From NCBI GenBank assembly GCA_903937405.1, contig CAIZZE010000059.1, positions 14,075-78,074 of the forward strand: a DNA stretch of 64,000 nucleotides. The letters run 5' to 3'. The position numbers were made by a program, and so were the translations under genes. The stretch comes from an uncultured Alphaproteobacteria bacterium. GTDB taxonomy: Bacteria; Pseudomonadota; Alphaproteobacteria; Rickettsiales; UBA1997. A model generated the notes under the pieces. That model was not told where the DNA came from and did no database searches. It was given only the letters and a program-made list of their open reading frames with translations. Of the stretch, positions 40,180-50,078 are shown piece by piece (position 1 is the stretch's first letter; every line of letters begins with the position of its first letter).

Positions 40180-42345
40180 ATGTCAGAAATCTCTAAAACA
40201 GCCTTTATTCCATTGGCTACAAAAGCAAAAAATAATCGCTTTGCTAACTTGTTAAACAGCACAGTAATTGTTGGCGTTGCTTTAACTCCTTGTATTGCCG
40301 TTGCGAAAGAAAGCGAAACTACAACACTTCCGACAGTTACAGTAATTGATAGCCGCGAAAATGAGAACTACAATTCAACTGAATCTTCTTTTTACAAATT
40401 AAGTGGACCTCTGGTTGACCAGCCCAGAACAGTTTCAACTGTTAGCCGCCAATTAATGGATGATCAAGGTATAACTAAAGTTTCTGATGCGCTTCGCAAC
40501 GTACCGGGCGTTTCTCTTGTTGCTGGTGAAGGTGGAAATCAAGGCGATAACCTTACAATTCGCGGCTTTTCTGCCCGCAATGATTTCTTCATTGATGGAA
40601 TGCGCGACTTCGGAAGTTATTTCCGCGATCCTTTTAATTTAGAAACTATCGAAGTTGTTCAAGGCCCTTCTTCAATTTTATTTGGCCGCGGAACCACAGG
40701 TGGTGCAATTCAACAAAATTCTAAACAAGCATTTTTAGGAACAAAAAAAGAAGGTGATTTCATGCTTGGAACTAACGAAACAACTCGCGCTGCTGTTGAC
40801 GTAAACACTAAAATTAGCGATAGTTCAGCATTTCGTTTAAACGCCATGGGTCACAGAAATAAAGTGGCGCAGCGTGATGAACCTTTATATCGCCGCGCCG
40901 GATTTGCTCCATCTTTAGCATTCGGACTTGGAACCGACACGCGTTTAAATATTTCTCACCTTTACCAAGCTGAAGATAATATTCCTGATTACGGCGTGCC
41001 ATTTTTTGCCGGCAAACCAGCTAATGCCAACCGCAATAATTTTTACGGTTTCAAAAATTCAGATCACTTAAAAACTGATGTAAATATTTCTACCGTAAAA
41101 CTTGAGCATGATATTTCCAAAGATTCGACTTTCCGTAACCAAGCCAGATATGCACGTTATTTTCGTGATGGTCAAGTTACCGAACCGCAAATGACAACCA
41201 GCGCCAATACTGTTGCCAGAAACATCAGAGCTAGAACTTCGGTTGAATCTTATCTGGGAAACCAAACTGATATTTCCAACAAATTTTCAACTTATGGAAT
41301 TGAACATGCTACAATTCTTGGCCTTGCGCTTGAAAGTGAAACTTCAGCTCCAACCATTCTAACTTACACGGGAGTTCCTTCGATTAATTTATATAATCCA
41401 GACCCTTCAACTGGATTTAGTTATACTGGAGTAACCTCTTCTTATACCAAAGTAAAACTTGATACAGTTGCAGTTTATGTAGCTGACAATATCAAATTTA
41501 ATAAATCATGGGAATTGGCTTTGGGCGCGCGTTTTGATAATCTAAAAAGCAATTATAACAACATTGCTGCGACCGGTACTCAAACCAATCTGTCACGCAC
41601 CGACAATTTGTTTAGCTACAGCGCTGGCTTGGTTTATAAACCAGCTAAAAATGGCAGCATTTATTTTAATTATGGAACTTCGTTTAATCCTTCGGCTGAA
41701 ACACTTTCGCTTTCAACTGGAAATGCCAATATTGAACCGGAACAAAATACAATTTACGAAATCGGAACTAAATGGGATTTGTTAAAAAAACGTCTTTCTA
41801 CAACTTTAGCAATTTTTAGAGCTGATAAAGATAATGCCCGTGAAACGATTGACGCCAGCGGCACCAACACTTTGTCAGGTAGCCAACGTGTTTATGGTTT
41901 AACGGCGCAAGTTACTGGAAACATTACTGAAGCGTGGAAAATTTCTGCGGGCTATGCTTATTTAGATGGCAAAGTTACAAGCTCCATTGTTAATCCAACT
42001 TACGTAAATCGCCCTTTAGCCTATACTCCGGAGCATAGTTTCAATTTATTTACAACTTACAAAATTACTCCAAAACTTGAAGTTGGCGGCGGCGCAAATT
42101 TTGTTTCCGAACGCTTTGTTAACCCAACTGCTACAGCAGATGCAGTTAGCGGAACTCTTAGAAATGCGCCTGGTTACTTGATTTACAACACAATGGCAAA
42201 ATATCCGCTTAACAAAAACATCGATCTGCAATTAAACGTGAATAATATTTTCAACACTTATTATTTCGATTCTATTCGCGGTAATAACGCCGTTCTAATT
42301 GGCGAAGGACGCGTAGTTCTTCTTTCAACCAAAGTAAAATTCTAA
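40180..42345 (+). CDS. TonB-dependent siderophore receptor (PiuA/FhuE-like)
   Basis: 721 aa with a signal/TonB-box region (TTLPTVTVI), a plug ([29 protein letters not shown]), a beta-barrel and a terminal ...KVKF. Confidence 0.85.
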   Translation: MSEISKTAFIPLATKAKNNRFANLLNSTVIVGVALTPCIAVAKESETTTLPTVTVIDSRENENYNSTESSFYKLSGPLVDQPRTVSTVSRQLMDDQGITKVSDALRNVPGVSLVAGEGGNQGDNLTIRGFSARNDFFIDGMRDFGSYFRDPFNLETIEVVQGPSSILFGRGTTGGAIQQNSKQAFLGTKKEGDFMLGTNETTRAAVDVNTKISDSSAFRLNAMGHRNKVAQRDEPLYRRAGFAPSLAFGLGTDTRLNISHLYQAEDNIPDYGVPFFAGKPANANRNNFYGFKNSDHLKTDVNISTVKLEHDISKDSTFRNQARYARYFRDGQVTEPQMTTSANTVARNIRARTSVESYLGNQTDISNKFSTYGIEHATILGLALESETSAPTILTYTGVPSINLYNPDPSTGFSYTGVTSSYTKVKLDTVAVYVADNIKFNKSWELALGARFDNLKSNYNNIAATGTQTNLSRTDNLFSYSAGLVYKPAKNGSIYFNYGTSFNPSAETLSLSTGNANIEPEQNTIYEIGTKWDLLKKRLSTTLAIFRADKDNARETIDASGTNTLSGSQRVYGLTAQVTGNITEAWKISAGYAYLDGKVTSSIVNPTYVNRPLAYTPEHSFNLFTTYKITPKLEVGGGANFVSERFVNPTATADAVSGTLRNAPGYLIYNTMAKYPLNKNIDLQLNVNNIFNTYYFDSIRGNNAVLIGEGRVVLLSTKVKF

Positions 42346-42346
42346 T

Positions 42347-43027
42347 ATGTTGCTTCAAATTCCCGACATTTTAACTCCAGAACAAGTAAAAGAATTTCGC
42401 GAAATTTTGAACAAAGCAAATTGGGTTGATGGCAAGTTTACAACTGGTCATCAATCAAGTTTGGTTAAAAATAATGCACAACTTCCAGAAAATTCTGCTG
42501 AGTCTAAAGAGCTGGGCGAGAAGATTTTAATAGCATTAGAACGTAATTCTACATTCATCTCAGCGGCCCTTCCCTTGAAGGTTTATCCGCCACTTTTTAA
42601 CAGCTATTCTGACGGGCAAAACTTTGGCACGCACATTGACAATGCAATTCGTCACGTGCCGGGAACTCATTTCAGAATTCGCACCGATCTTTCCGCCACC
42701 TTATTTCTTTCTGATCCTTTGGAATATGAAGGCGGAGAGCTAGTGGTAGAGGACACATATGGTTTGCATAAGGTAAAATTACCCGCAGGCCATATGATCC
42801 TCTACCCGGCAAGTAGTTTGCATTATGTAACGCCAGTTACAAAAGGTGCAAGAGTTGCATCGTTTTTTTGGATGCAAAGCATGGTGCGCGATGATGCGCA
42901 AAGAACTTTGCTTTTTGATTTAGATAATTCAATCAGAACAGTTATTCGTGATTTACCGAATCACGAATCTTCGATTCATTTAACCGGCATCTACCACAAT
43001 TTGCTGCGCCGCTGGGCTGATTCTTAG
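42347..43027 (+). CDS. piuC: Fe(II)/2-oxoglutarate-dependent hydroxylase, PiuC-like
   Basis: 226 aa with HxD in GTHIDNA, a distal His in SSLHYVTPV and Arg in GARVASFFW. Confidence 0.7.
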   Translation: MLLQIPDILTPEQVKEFREILNKANWVDGKFTTGHQSSLVKNNAQLPENSAESKELGEKILIALERNSTFISAALPLKVYPPLFNSYSDGQNFGTHIDNAIRHVPGTHFRIRTDLSATLFLSDPLEYEGGELVVEDTYGLHKVKLPAGHMILYPASSLHYVTPVTKGARVASFFWMQSMVRDDAQRTLLFDLDNSIRTVIRDLPNHESSIHLTGIYHNLLRRWADS

Positions 43028-43114
43028 AAAAATTTAGGAAATTAAATTTTTAGGAACTAGAAATTATTTATACTTTCAGTTGCCTATATCAAAGTCCTTT
43101 TGAATTCAGCATAA

Positions 43115-43195
43115 TTAGATCCTGAAACAAGTTCAGGATGACAGCTTTGGTAGACATTCCTACAATCGTCATTCTGAACTTGTTTCAGGATCTAA
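43115..43195. repeat. 81-bp palindromic element, best-preserved copy of the GATCCTGAAACAAGTTCAGGATGAC family
   Basis: The 28-nt arms ttagatcctgaaacaagttcaggatgac and gtcattctgaacttgtttcaggatctaa differ at 1 position. The spacer is 25 nt. Confidence 0.8.
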
Positions 43196-43241
43196 TAACG
43201 AGAAGTCCAAATGTTTAGTATATACCAAAAAAACAAATCTA

Positions 43242-43275
43242 TTGCGGATGCGCGGGTTTATCCCGCGCGTAGCAA
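43242..43275. repeat. GC-rich hairpin
   Basis: ttgc-ggatgcgcggg-tttat-cccgcgcgta-gcaa. Confidence 0.5.
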
Positions 43276-43286
43276 TTCAAATAAAA

Positions 43287-43315
43287 CTAAATTCAAACGA
43301 AGTTTGAATTTAAAT
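43287..43315 (+). promoter_or_regulatory. 29-nt hairpin motif ctaaattcaaacGAAGtttgaatttaaat, 12 nt upstream of the piuB-like start codon
   Basis: Identical to the transcribed-strand sequence at 18759-18787. Confidence 0.55.
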
Positions 43316-43327
43316 TATCCCAATTCC

Positions 43328-44437
43328 ATGAGAAAAATTCTAAAAAAACTTCATCTTTATCTCGCAATAACTCTTTGCATTCCCTTGGTATTACAAGGCA
43401 TCACTGGCCTAATAATGGTTTTTCAGCATGAGATTTCCAATTACCAACTTCACACAAAACATGTTTTTGCAAGCGGCGAAATTCAAGCACCGAGCAAAAT
43501 AATTATTTCAGCTTTAACTCAGGTTCCAGAAGGCTCCAAGGTAAATTCTATCAAATTACCAATCGCAGAAAAATCGCCGGCAGTTGTACGTTTAACCAAA
43601 AAAATTGAAGAAAAAAAATCAATTTTTGAAGTTGTAGCTGATCCAGTTTCGCTTGAAATTATAGAAGTAAAAAATCCGGAAAATGACTTTTTTAAAAACC
43701 TCAAAAAATTCCACTCCAGCCTTTTTATTCCAGGTCAAACCGGCAAAAATATTGTCGGCACTTTTGGCTTGGTAATGTTGTTCATGGTAATTAGCGGATT
43801 AGTTATTTGGTGGCCGAAAAAAATCACCTTTAAACGCGCCATGACTTTTAAATTTAGTTCAACCGGCAAACAATTTCATCGCGACTTACACAGCGCCGTG
43901 GGCTTTTGGACATCACTCATAATTTTCATCACCAGTTTTGCTGGAGTTTATTTGGCTTTCACGCCGCAAACTACCGCAACAATTTTAGCAATTTTTCCAG
44001 GTAAAGATTTAAAGAAAAGCGCCAATGAAATGGTAATTGATCCTGGTTCAAGCTTTTTGACAATCGATGAGCTCGCAGACTTTGCTGCACAAAAGGTTTC
44101 AAGTGATGATAAATTACTTTCAATAAATTTTCCGATGAAACCAGAGCAGCCTTTTCGCATAAATTTTGTACCAAAAAATTATGAAGATGGCGAACCAATT
44201 ATCACAGTTTTTATCGATCAATATTGGCAAAGAATTTTGGAAGTTCGTGATCCAAAAAATTATTCTTTAGGAGAAAAAATAATCGCCTGGCAACATTCAA
44301 TTCATGCTGGTGAAGGCTTGGGATATTTGTGGAAAATTACGGTGTTTTTGACCGGATTTTTGCCGTTACTTTTTTCAATTACTGGAATTTCTTTGTGGCT
44401 TATTAAGAGAAAAAGCAAAAAGCTGAAGGCAGCTTAA
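43328..44437 (+). CDS. PepSY-associated TM helix protein (PiuB-like)
   Basis: I prefer the ATG at 43328 (MRKILKKLHLYLAITLCIPL...), because the ORF-track start at 43211 would read through three palindromic elements. It has the four-TM PepSY_TM pattern and lies downstream of piuC. Confidence 0.65.
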   Translation: MRKILKKLHLYLAITLCIPLVLQGITGLIMVFQHEISNYQLHTKHVFASGEIQAPSKIIISALTQVPEGSKVNSIKLPIAEKSPAVVRLTKKIEEKKSIFEVVADPVSLEIIEVKNPENDFFKNLKKFHSSLFIPGQTGKNIVGTFGLVMLFMVISGLVIWWPKKITFKRAMTFKFSSTGKQFHRDLHSAVGFWTSLIIFITSFAGVYLAFTPQTTATILAIFPGKDLKKSANEMVIDPGSSFLTIDELADFAAQKVSSDDKLLSINFPMKPEQPFRINFVPKNYEDGEPIITVFIDQYWQRILEVRDPKNYSLGEKIIAWQHSIHAGEGLGYLWKITVFLTGFLPLLFSITGISLWLIKRKSKKLKAA

Positions 44438-44773
44438 TCGAGCTAACATCTCGACGACGCTGCGCTTTGCTCGATGACCTGAAGTAAGAATTCGCGAAGA
44501 AAAAGATGGGCAAAACTTCATATTTAGGGAAATTCCCCATAGAATTTTAACGAGATCGTTGATTTTATTGGGTTAAAGTCACTTTTCATTTTCCAGAAAT
44601 TGAATACTAAAAAGCCTGATAAATTATGGAAATAAAAAATGCCGCAAGGCCTTTAAATATATGGGTTTGGGCAAAAAGCTATGGGTAATTTCCACTAAAT
44701 GTGCAATTTTACCCAAAGATTAGGTCACCCTAGCAAACCGCATTTGGCGCGTCGTCGAGAAGCTAGCTCGATT
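44436..44773. mobile_element. 338-bp non-coding MITE-like element with 25-bp terminal inverted repeats
   Basis: The left end is aatcgagctaacatctcgacgacgc. The reverse complement of the right end is aatcgagctagcttctcgacgacgc (22 of 25). There is no ORF inside. The ends abut the stop codons of the PepSY gene and tilS. Confidence 0.6.
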
Positions 44774-45810
44774 TATTCACATCCAAAAATTTTTCCTAAA
44801 ACTGTCCGAAAATAAAAATTTTGCTCTTCTTTTTGGCATTCGATAATTACACGCTTTGCATCATATTGTTGAGCTTTGCATCCATAAAAATTCCGCGGTT
44901 TTATTTTTTTATTTTCCAATAAATATTCATAAAAAAGTTTTAACTCTTTCAATCGCGGTTTGTAATTTTTTCTAGCAACTTCCATCGCCACTAAAGCCAA
45001 AATTTTTAAAGCAATTTTGCTTTCGGTTTTTCTGAATTTTTCTAAGTCTAATAAAAAAAATCCCGCCTTACCAAACTCCAGTATTTTCTTAGCTTCACAA
45101 AGCATCGAGTCATTAAATAAATCTCGTGTAATCGCAATTTCATCAGCGGCATTTTTGATTCTTTCTTGAATCAAGTTTTTATCTTCGAAAGTCGCGAAAA
45201 AATTTCTGATTTTATTGCGCAAAAATTTCTCATCCAAATTAGTTTCATCTTCAAACCATTCGACTTTTTTACTTTTTAAGAATTTTTTTAATTCATCTTT
45301 TTCAAAATCCAAAAGCGGCCTTACAAGCTTAATTTTCTTGAAGTCAGAAACTTCTGCAATTGTTGACAATCCATCCAAACCACTACCGCGAAACAGGCGA
45401 ATCAAAAAATTTTCTGCCACATCTTCAAGTTGATGACCTAAAAATAAAAACCCAATTTCATTCTTAATGCAAAACTCATAAAGCAGCTCATATCTTGCTT
45501 CGCGAAGCTTAGCTTCGATATTAGTTTTTGGAATATTTGTAGAATCAATTTCTAAAATCTGGTGAGAAATCTTTTTCTTTTTTAAGGCTCTATTAAGGTT
45601 TAAAGCTTCTTGTGACGAGCCTTGGCGCATTTTGTGATCAATTGTGACAGCGAATAATTCAATATTATTTTTCTTACAAAATACAGAAAGCAACAAGGTT
45701 AAAGCTAGAGAATCCGCACCTCCGGAAACTGCAACCGCAATTCTTTTTGGTGTATTTTTTTGCAAAAAAATCTCTTCGATCTTGTTTGAGAAATTGTTAA
45801 TAAGAGTCAT
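44773..45810 (-). CDS. tilS: tRNA(Ile)-lysidine synthetase (short form)
   Basis: 345 aa with the PP-loop AVAVSGGADSLAL. Confidence 0.8.
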   Translation of the reverse strand: MTLINNFSNKIEEIFLQKNTPKRIAVAVSGGADSLALTLLLSVFCKKNNIELFAVTIDHKMRQGSSQEALNLNRALKKKKISHQILEIDSTNIPKTNIEAKLREARYELLYEFCIKNEIGFLFLGHQLEDVAENFLIRLFRGSGLDGLSTIAEVSDFKKIKLVRPLLDFEKDELKKFLKSKKVEWFEDETNLDEKFLRNKIRNFFATFEDKNLIQERIKNAADEIAITRDLFNDSMLCEAKKILEFGKAGFFLLDLEKFRKTESKIALKILALVAMEVARKNYKPRLKELKLFYEYLLENKKIKPRNFYGCKAQQYDAKRVIIECQKEEQNFYFRTVLGKIFGCE

Positions 45811-45844
45811 CGCTTCTTGATTTCACTAGTTAGAAATTAATAGC

Positions 45845-46267
45845 CTACCAAATAACTGCCAATATCTCACCCACAACAAACATCGAAACGTAAACTGCGA
45901 AACAGCCAGAAATAGTCACAGCAACACTAGTGCGAAACGGATATTCTTTTTCCTTAAAAGATAAGACGGTTAATTTGGTCATAATGCCAATAGCAAAAGA
46001 AATCAAAACTGAGAAAAATCCGATTAATCCAATAATGTTTCCCGAGGCAAGATCTTGGAAAATTTCTGAATTTACGATCCGGTTTATAGCATAGTCACAA
46101 ACTAAGTATAAAAACAGAGCTCCTCCAAAAAAACTATATACGGAAAGTGATTTTCTACTCCACATTAACTGCGCCACAAAGAATGGAATGCTAACTATCA
46201 GCATGATGTCGAGTAAATCCATATCCATGAATATGGCTGTAAGTAATTCAGAAAGATATTTGAACAT
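45845..46267 (-). CDS. hypothetical membrane protein (about 4 TM)
   Basis: 140-aa hydrophobic ORF. No recognisable motif. Confidence 0.4.
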   Translation of the reverse strand: MFKYLSELLTAIFMDMDLLDIMLIVSIPFFVAQLMWSRKSLSVYSFFGGALFLYLVCDYAINRIVNSEIFQDLASGNIIGLIGFFSVLISFAIGIMTKLTVLSFKEKEYPFRTSVAVTISGCFAVYVSMFVVGEILAVIW

Positions 46268-46286
46268 TTTTTAGGTGATTACAGAT

Positions 46287-47081
46287 TTAATTCAATACGT
46301 CACGCATTGAGTAAAATCCTGGATTTTTGGCACTTCCCCAAATTGCAGCACGAATTGCGCCTTTGGCAAAAATATCGCGATTTGAAGCTTTATGAGTTAA
46401 TTCAACACGTTCGCCGTCTCCGGCAAAAATTACAGTATGATCTCCAATTACATCTCCGCCGCGTAAAGCTGCGAAGCCGATTTCACCTTTTTGACGTTTG
46501 GCCTCTTTTCCGACTCGCGCCATATTTCCAACAGTTTTTAAATCTACCCCGCGACCTTTCGCAACTGCCGCGCCAAGTGATAAAGCGGTTCCAGAAGGCG
46601 AATCAACTTTGTTATTGTGATGCATTTCGAGAATTTCAATATCAAAATCTTCATGCAAAATTCCCGCAACTTTTTCGGCCAGATTCATCAAAAGGTTAAC
46701 TCCAAGAGACATATTGGAAGACCAGATAATTACTGCATCTTTAGCAAATGAAGCGAATTTTTGTTTTTCAACATCGGAAAATCCTGTAGTTCCACAAACC
46801 AAAACTTTTTTGTTTTCCGCACATTTTTGTGCCATTTCCAAACTTAAAGCCGGCGCAGAAAAATCAATAATCGCATCACAGCTTTGAATAAACTGGTCAA
46901 TATCAGAAATTAATTTGCCGCCATTTTTTTCAAAACCTAAAAATTCTCCCAAATCTCCGCCTTCTTGCCCGCCGCCTTGACGAACTAAGGCTGAAGCAAG
47001 TTCAACCACAGAATCTTGTAAAACAAGAGTGGCAATGGTTCGGCCCATACGACCGGTGACTCCAGTTACGCCTATTTTCAT
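46287..47081 (-). CDS. dapB: 4-hydroxy-tetrahydrodipicolinate reductase
   Basis: 264 aa with GVTGRMG and EMHHNNKVDSPSGTAL. Confidence 0.85.
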   Translation of the reverse strand: MKIGVTGVTGRMGRTIATLVLQDSVVELASALVRQGGGQEGGDLGEFLGFEKNGGKLISDIDQFIQSCDAIIDFSAPALSLEMAQKCAENKKVLVCGTTGFSDVEKQKFASFAKDAVIIWSSNMSLGVNLLMNLAEKVAGILHEDFDIEILEMHHNNKVDSPSGTALSLGAAVAKGRGVDLKTVGNMARVGKEAKRQKGEIGFAALRGGDVIGDHTVIFAGDGERVELTHKASNRDIFAKGAIRAAIWGSAKNPGFYSMRDVLN

Positions 47082-47228
47082 AAATTTTGAAATTTGATTT
47101 TTAAGAATATTTTAAAACTACAAATCACATAAGCGATAAGCAAATAAAAATCTTGCGTCGCATGAAAGCAGTTCGTAAAATTACGACCTATTTTAAAGCC
47201 ACAAATCTTTTCTTAAAAAAATCTCAAA

Positions 47229-50039
47229 ATGACTACTCAAAACATTATCCAAGTTGCCACTGGCAAAGATATTCAGTCTGTTTCTCTAGTTACTGAAATG
47301 AAAAAATCTTACCTCGATTATGCCATGAGCGTAATCGTAGCGCGCGCTATTCCAGATGCGTGCGATGGATTAAAACCTGTGCATCGCCGTATTTTATTCG
47401 CCATGCATGAAGGTAGTTATGATTACAATAAACCGTTCAAAAAGTCGGCGAGAATTGTCGGTGAAGTGATGGGTAAATATCACCCGCATGGTGACTCCGC
47501 AATTTACGAATCTTTGGTTCGTATGGCGCAAGATTTCTCAATGCGCGTGCCCTTAATTGACGGACAAGGCAACTTCGGTTCAATCGATGATGATCCGGCG
47601 GCTGCAATGCGTTATACCGAGTCGCGTTTAGAAAAAATTTCCCACACTTTGCTTGAAGATCTCGACAAAGATACTGTCGATTTTATTCCCAATTATGACG
47701 GTTCTGAAAGAGAACCAAAAGTTTTACCAGCACGTTTTCCAAACTTACTTGTGAATGGTTCTAGCGGTATCGCTGTAGGTATGGCAACCAACATTCCACC
47801 ACATAATTTAGGTGAAGTTATTGATGCTTGCTTGGCCTATATCGACAACAACGAAATTGCGATTGAAGATATTATTAAAATTGTTCCGGGCCCTGATTTT
47901 CCAACCGGCGGTATTATTTTAGGTCGCTCTGGTTATGACTCAGCAGCCCGCATGGGACGTGGTTCCGTAGTGATGCGTGGTAAACATAAAATCGAGAAAA
48001 AAACTGGCGGTAAAGTTGCCATCATCATCGAGGAAGTTCCTTACCAAGTTAACAAAGCCAAGCTTGTAGAAAAAATCGCCGACTTAGTTAAAGAGAAAAA
48101 AATTGAAGGAATTACTGATCTGCGCGACGAATCTGACCGCGATGGAATCCGCGTAGTTATTGAGCTTAGACGCGATGCCATGGAAGAAGTTATCATCAAC
48201 CAACTTTATAGTTTCACTGAATTACAATGCAATTTCAGCGTTAACATGTTGGCACTAAATCACGGCAAACCACAATTGATGGGCATTCTTGATGTCATCA
48301 AAATTTTCTCGGCTTTCCGTGAAGAAGTTACAATTCGTAGAACTAATTTCTTGTTGAATAAAGCCCGCGACAAAACCCACATCTTAATTGGTTTGGCCGT
48401 TGCCGTTGCTAATATCGACGAGATTGTTGAGTTGATTAAAAAATCGCAAGATGCTGCTGAAGCTAAAGAAAAGTTACTTGCAAAAAGCTGGCCGTCTCAC
48501 ACTGTTGAAGCAATTATCAAGCTAGTTCAAGACAAAGGAAACGTCATTAAAGATGGCAAATTCTATTTCACCGAAATTCAAGCAAAAGCAATTTTAGAAA
48601 TGAGATTGGCGCGTTTGACTGGCTTGGAAATGGGTAAAATCAATGATGAATTGAGAATTTTAGCCGCTGAAATTTCAGGTTATTTGGAACTTCTTGCTGA
48701 CCGCGTGAAGTTGATGGAATTAGTCAAAAAAGAATTAATCGAAATCAAAGATCAATTCGCCACTCCTAGAAAATCAATCATCGAAGATAGCGAATATGAA
48801 GTTGATATCGAAGATCTAATTCCAAAAGAAGATATGGTCGTTGTAGGTACAATGAATGGCTATATCAAACGTGTTGCTTTGAATGCTTACCGCACGCAAA
48901 AACGCGGTGGCAAAGGCCGCAGCGCGATGGATGTTCGTGAAGAAGATATCGCAACTGACATTTTTGTGACCAACACGCACACGCCGATTTTATTTTTCTC
49001 CAGCAAAGGAAAAGTTTATAAATTAAAAACTTACAAACTTCCTTTAGGCAGTCCTCAAGCTCGCGGACGTGCTTTGGTGAATCTTTTGCCATTAGAACAA
49101 GATGAAAAAATCAGCACAATTTTAGCACTTCCAGAAAATGAAGAAAGCTGGAAAGATTTGAGCATAATTTTCGCCACTTCGAACGGTGATATTCGTCGTA
49201 ACTCAATGGATCAATTTGTCGATATTCGCTCCAGCGGAAAAATCGCTATGAAATTGGAAGGCAACGAAGCTTTGATTGGAGTGAATTTATGCACCCAAAA
49301 AGATGATATTTTACTTTCTACTAAAGATGGAAAATGCATTCGTTTCCCAGTTGAAAAACTGAGAATTTTCCAAAGCAGAAATTCTACCGGCGTTAGAGGC
49401 ATCAAGCTAGAAGCCAGCAATAAAGTTATTGCAATGTCAGTTTTGAAACATGCATTCGAAAGCTCAGAAGAAAAAGAAAAATATTTAAGCGTTAATTTGG
49501 AAAAACGCTTAGATCTGCGCGAAGCATTGCTGCACAATAAACGTCTGCAAGAAAATCCGCCTACAGATTTGTTAGAACAGCCAAAAGCAATTCCACAAAT
49601 TAAAAATGCTGAATTGCCGCAAGATAAAATCGAAGCTATGGCTTTGAATGAAGAATTTATTTTGACTATGACTGAAAATGGCTTTGGCAAAAGATCTTCG
49701 GCTTATGAATATCGCATTACAAATCGCGGCGGTTCAGGAATTACCAATATCGTAACTTCAAAAAGAAATGGCTGCGTAGTTGCCAGCTTCCCAATTGAAG
49801 CCAAAGACCAAGTTATGATCATCACCAACAAAGGAACTTTAATCAGAACCGAAGTTGGTTCAGTAAGAATTACCGGCCGCAACACTCAAGGCGTAACTTT
49901 GATTAAAACCAAAGACGAAACCGTAGTTTCAGTTGCTAGAATCGCCCACACCGGAAATAAAGATGTGGATGATGCAGAAACTGGGGAAGAAACTGCAGAA
50001 GGCCAAGAAGGCGTTGAGGCAGTCGCTACAACCGAGTAA
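47229..50039 (+). CDS. gyrA: DNA gyrase subunit A
   Basis: 936 aa with [12 protein letters not shown], active-site AAMRYTE, GyrA-box/beta-pinwheel repeats and an acidic C-terminal tail. Confidence 0.95.
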   Translation: MTTQNIIQVATGKDIQSVSLVTEMKKSYLDYAMSVIVARAIPDACDGLKPVHRRILFAMHEGSYDYNKPFKKSARIVGEVMGKYHPHGDSAIYESLVRMAQDFSMRVPLIDGQGNFGSIDDDPAAAMRYTESRLEKISHTLLEDLDKDTVDFIPNYDGSEREPKVLPARFPNLLVNGSSGIAVGMATNIPPHNLGEVIDACLAYIDNNEIAIEDIIKIVPGPDFPTGGIILGRSGYDSAARMGRGSVVMRGKHKIEKKTGGKVAIIIEEVPYQVNKAKLVEKIADLVKEKKIEGITDLRDESDRDGIRVVIELRRDAMEEVIINQLYSFTELQCNFSVNMLALNHGKPQLMGILDVIKIFSAFREEVTIRRTNFLLNKARDKTHILIGLAVAVANIDEIVELIKKSQDAAEAKEKLLAKSWPSHTVEAIIKLVQDKGNVIKDGKFYFTEIQAKAILEMRLARLTGLEMGKINDELRILAAEISGYLELLADRVKLMELVKKELIEIKDQFATPRKSIIEDSEYEVDIEDLIPKEDMVVVGTMNGYIKRVALNAYRTQKRGGKGRSAMDVREEDIATDIFVTNTHTPILFFSSKGKVYKLKTYKLPLGSPQARGRALVNLLPLEQDEKISTILALPENEESWKDLSIIFATSNGDIRRNSMDQFVDIRSSGKIAMKLEGNEALIGVNLCTQKDDILLSTKDGKCIRFPVEKLRIFQSRNSTGVRGIKLEASNKVIAMSVLKHAFESSEEKEKYLSVNLEKRLDLREALLHNKRLQENPPTDLLEQPKAIPQIKNAELPQDKIEAMALNEEFILTMTENGFGKRSSAYEYRITNRGGSGITNIVTSKRNGCVVASFPIEAKDQVMIITNKGTLIRTEVGSVRITGRNTQGVTLIKTKDETVVSVARIAHTGNKDVDDAETGEETAEGQEGVEAVATTE

Positions 50040-50078
50040 ACTCACAATTTCTCAAATAATAAACAAACCCAAACACCT

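Noticed and set aside
49211-49690. 159-aa minus-strand ORF, plus other short antisense ORFs in gyrA
   Set aside because: It is antisense to gyrA and has no recognisable features.
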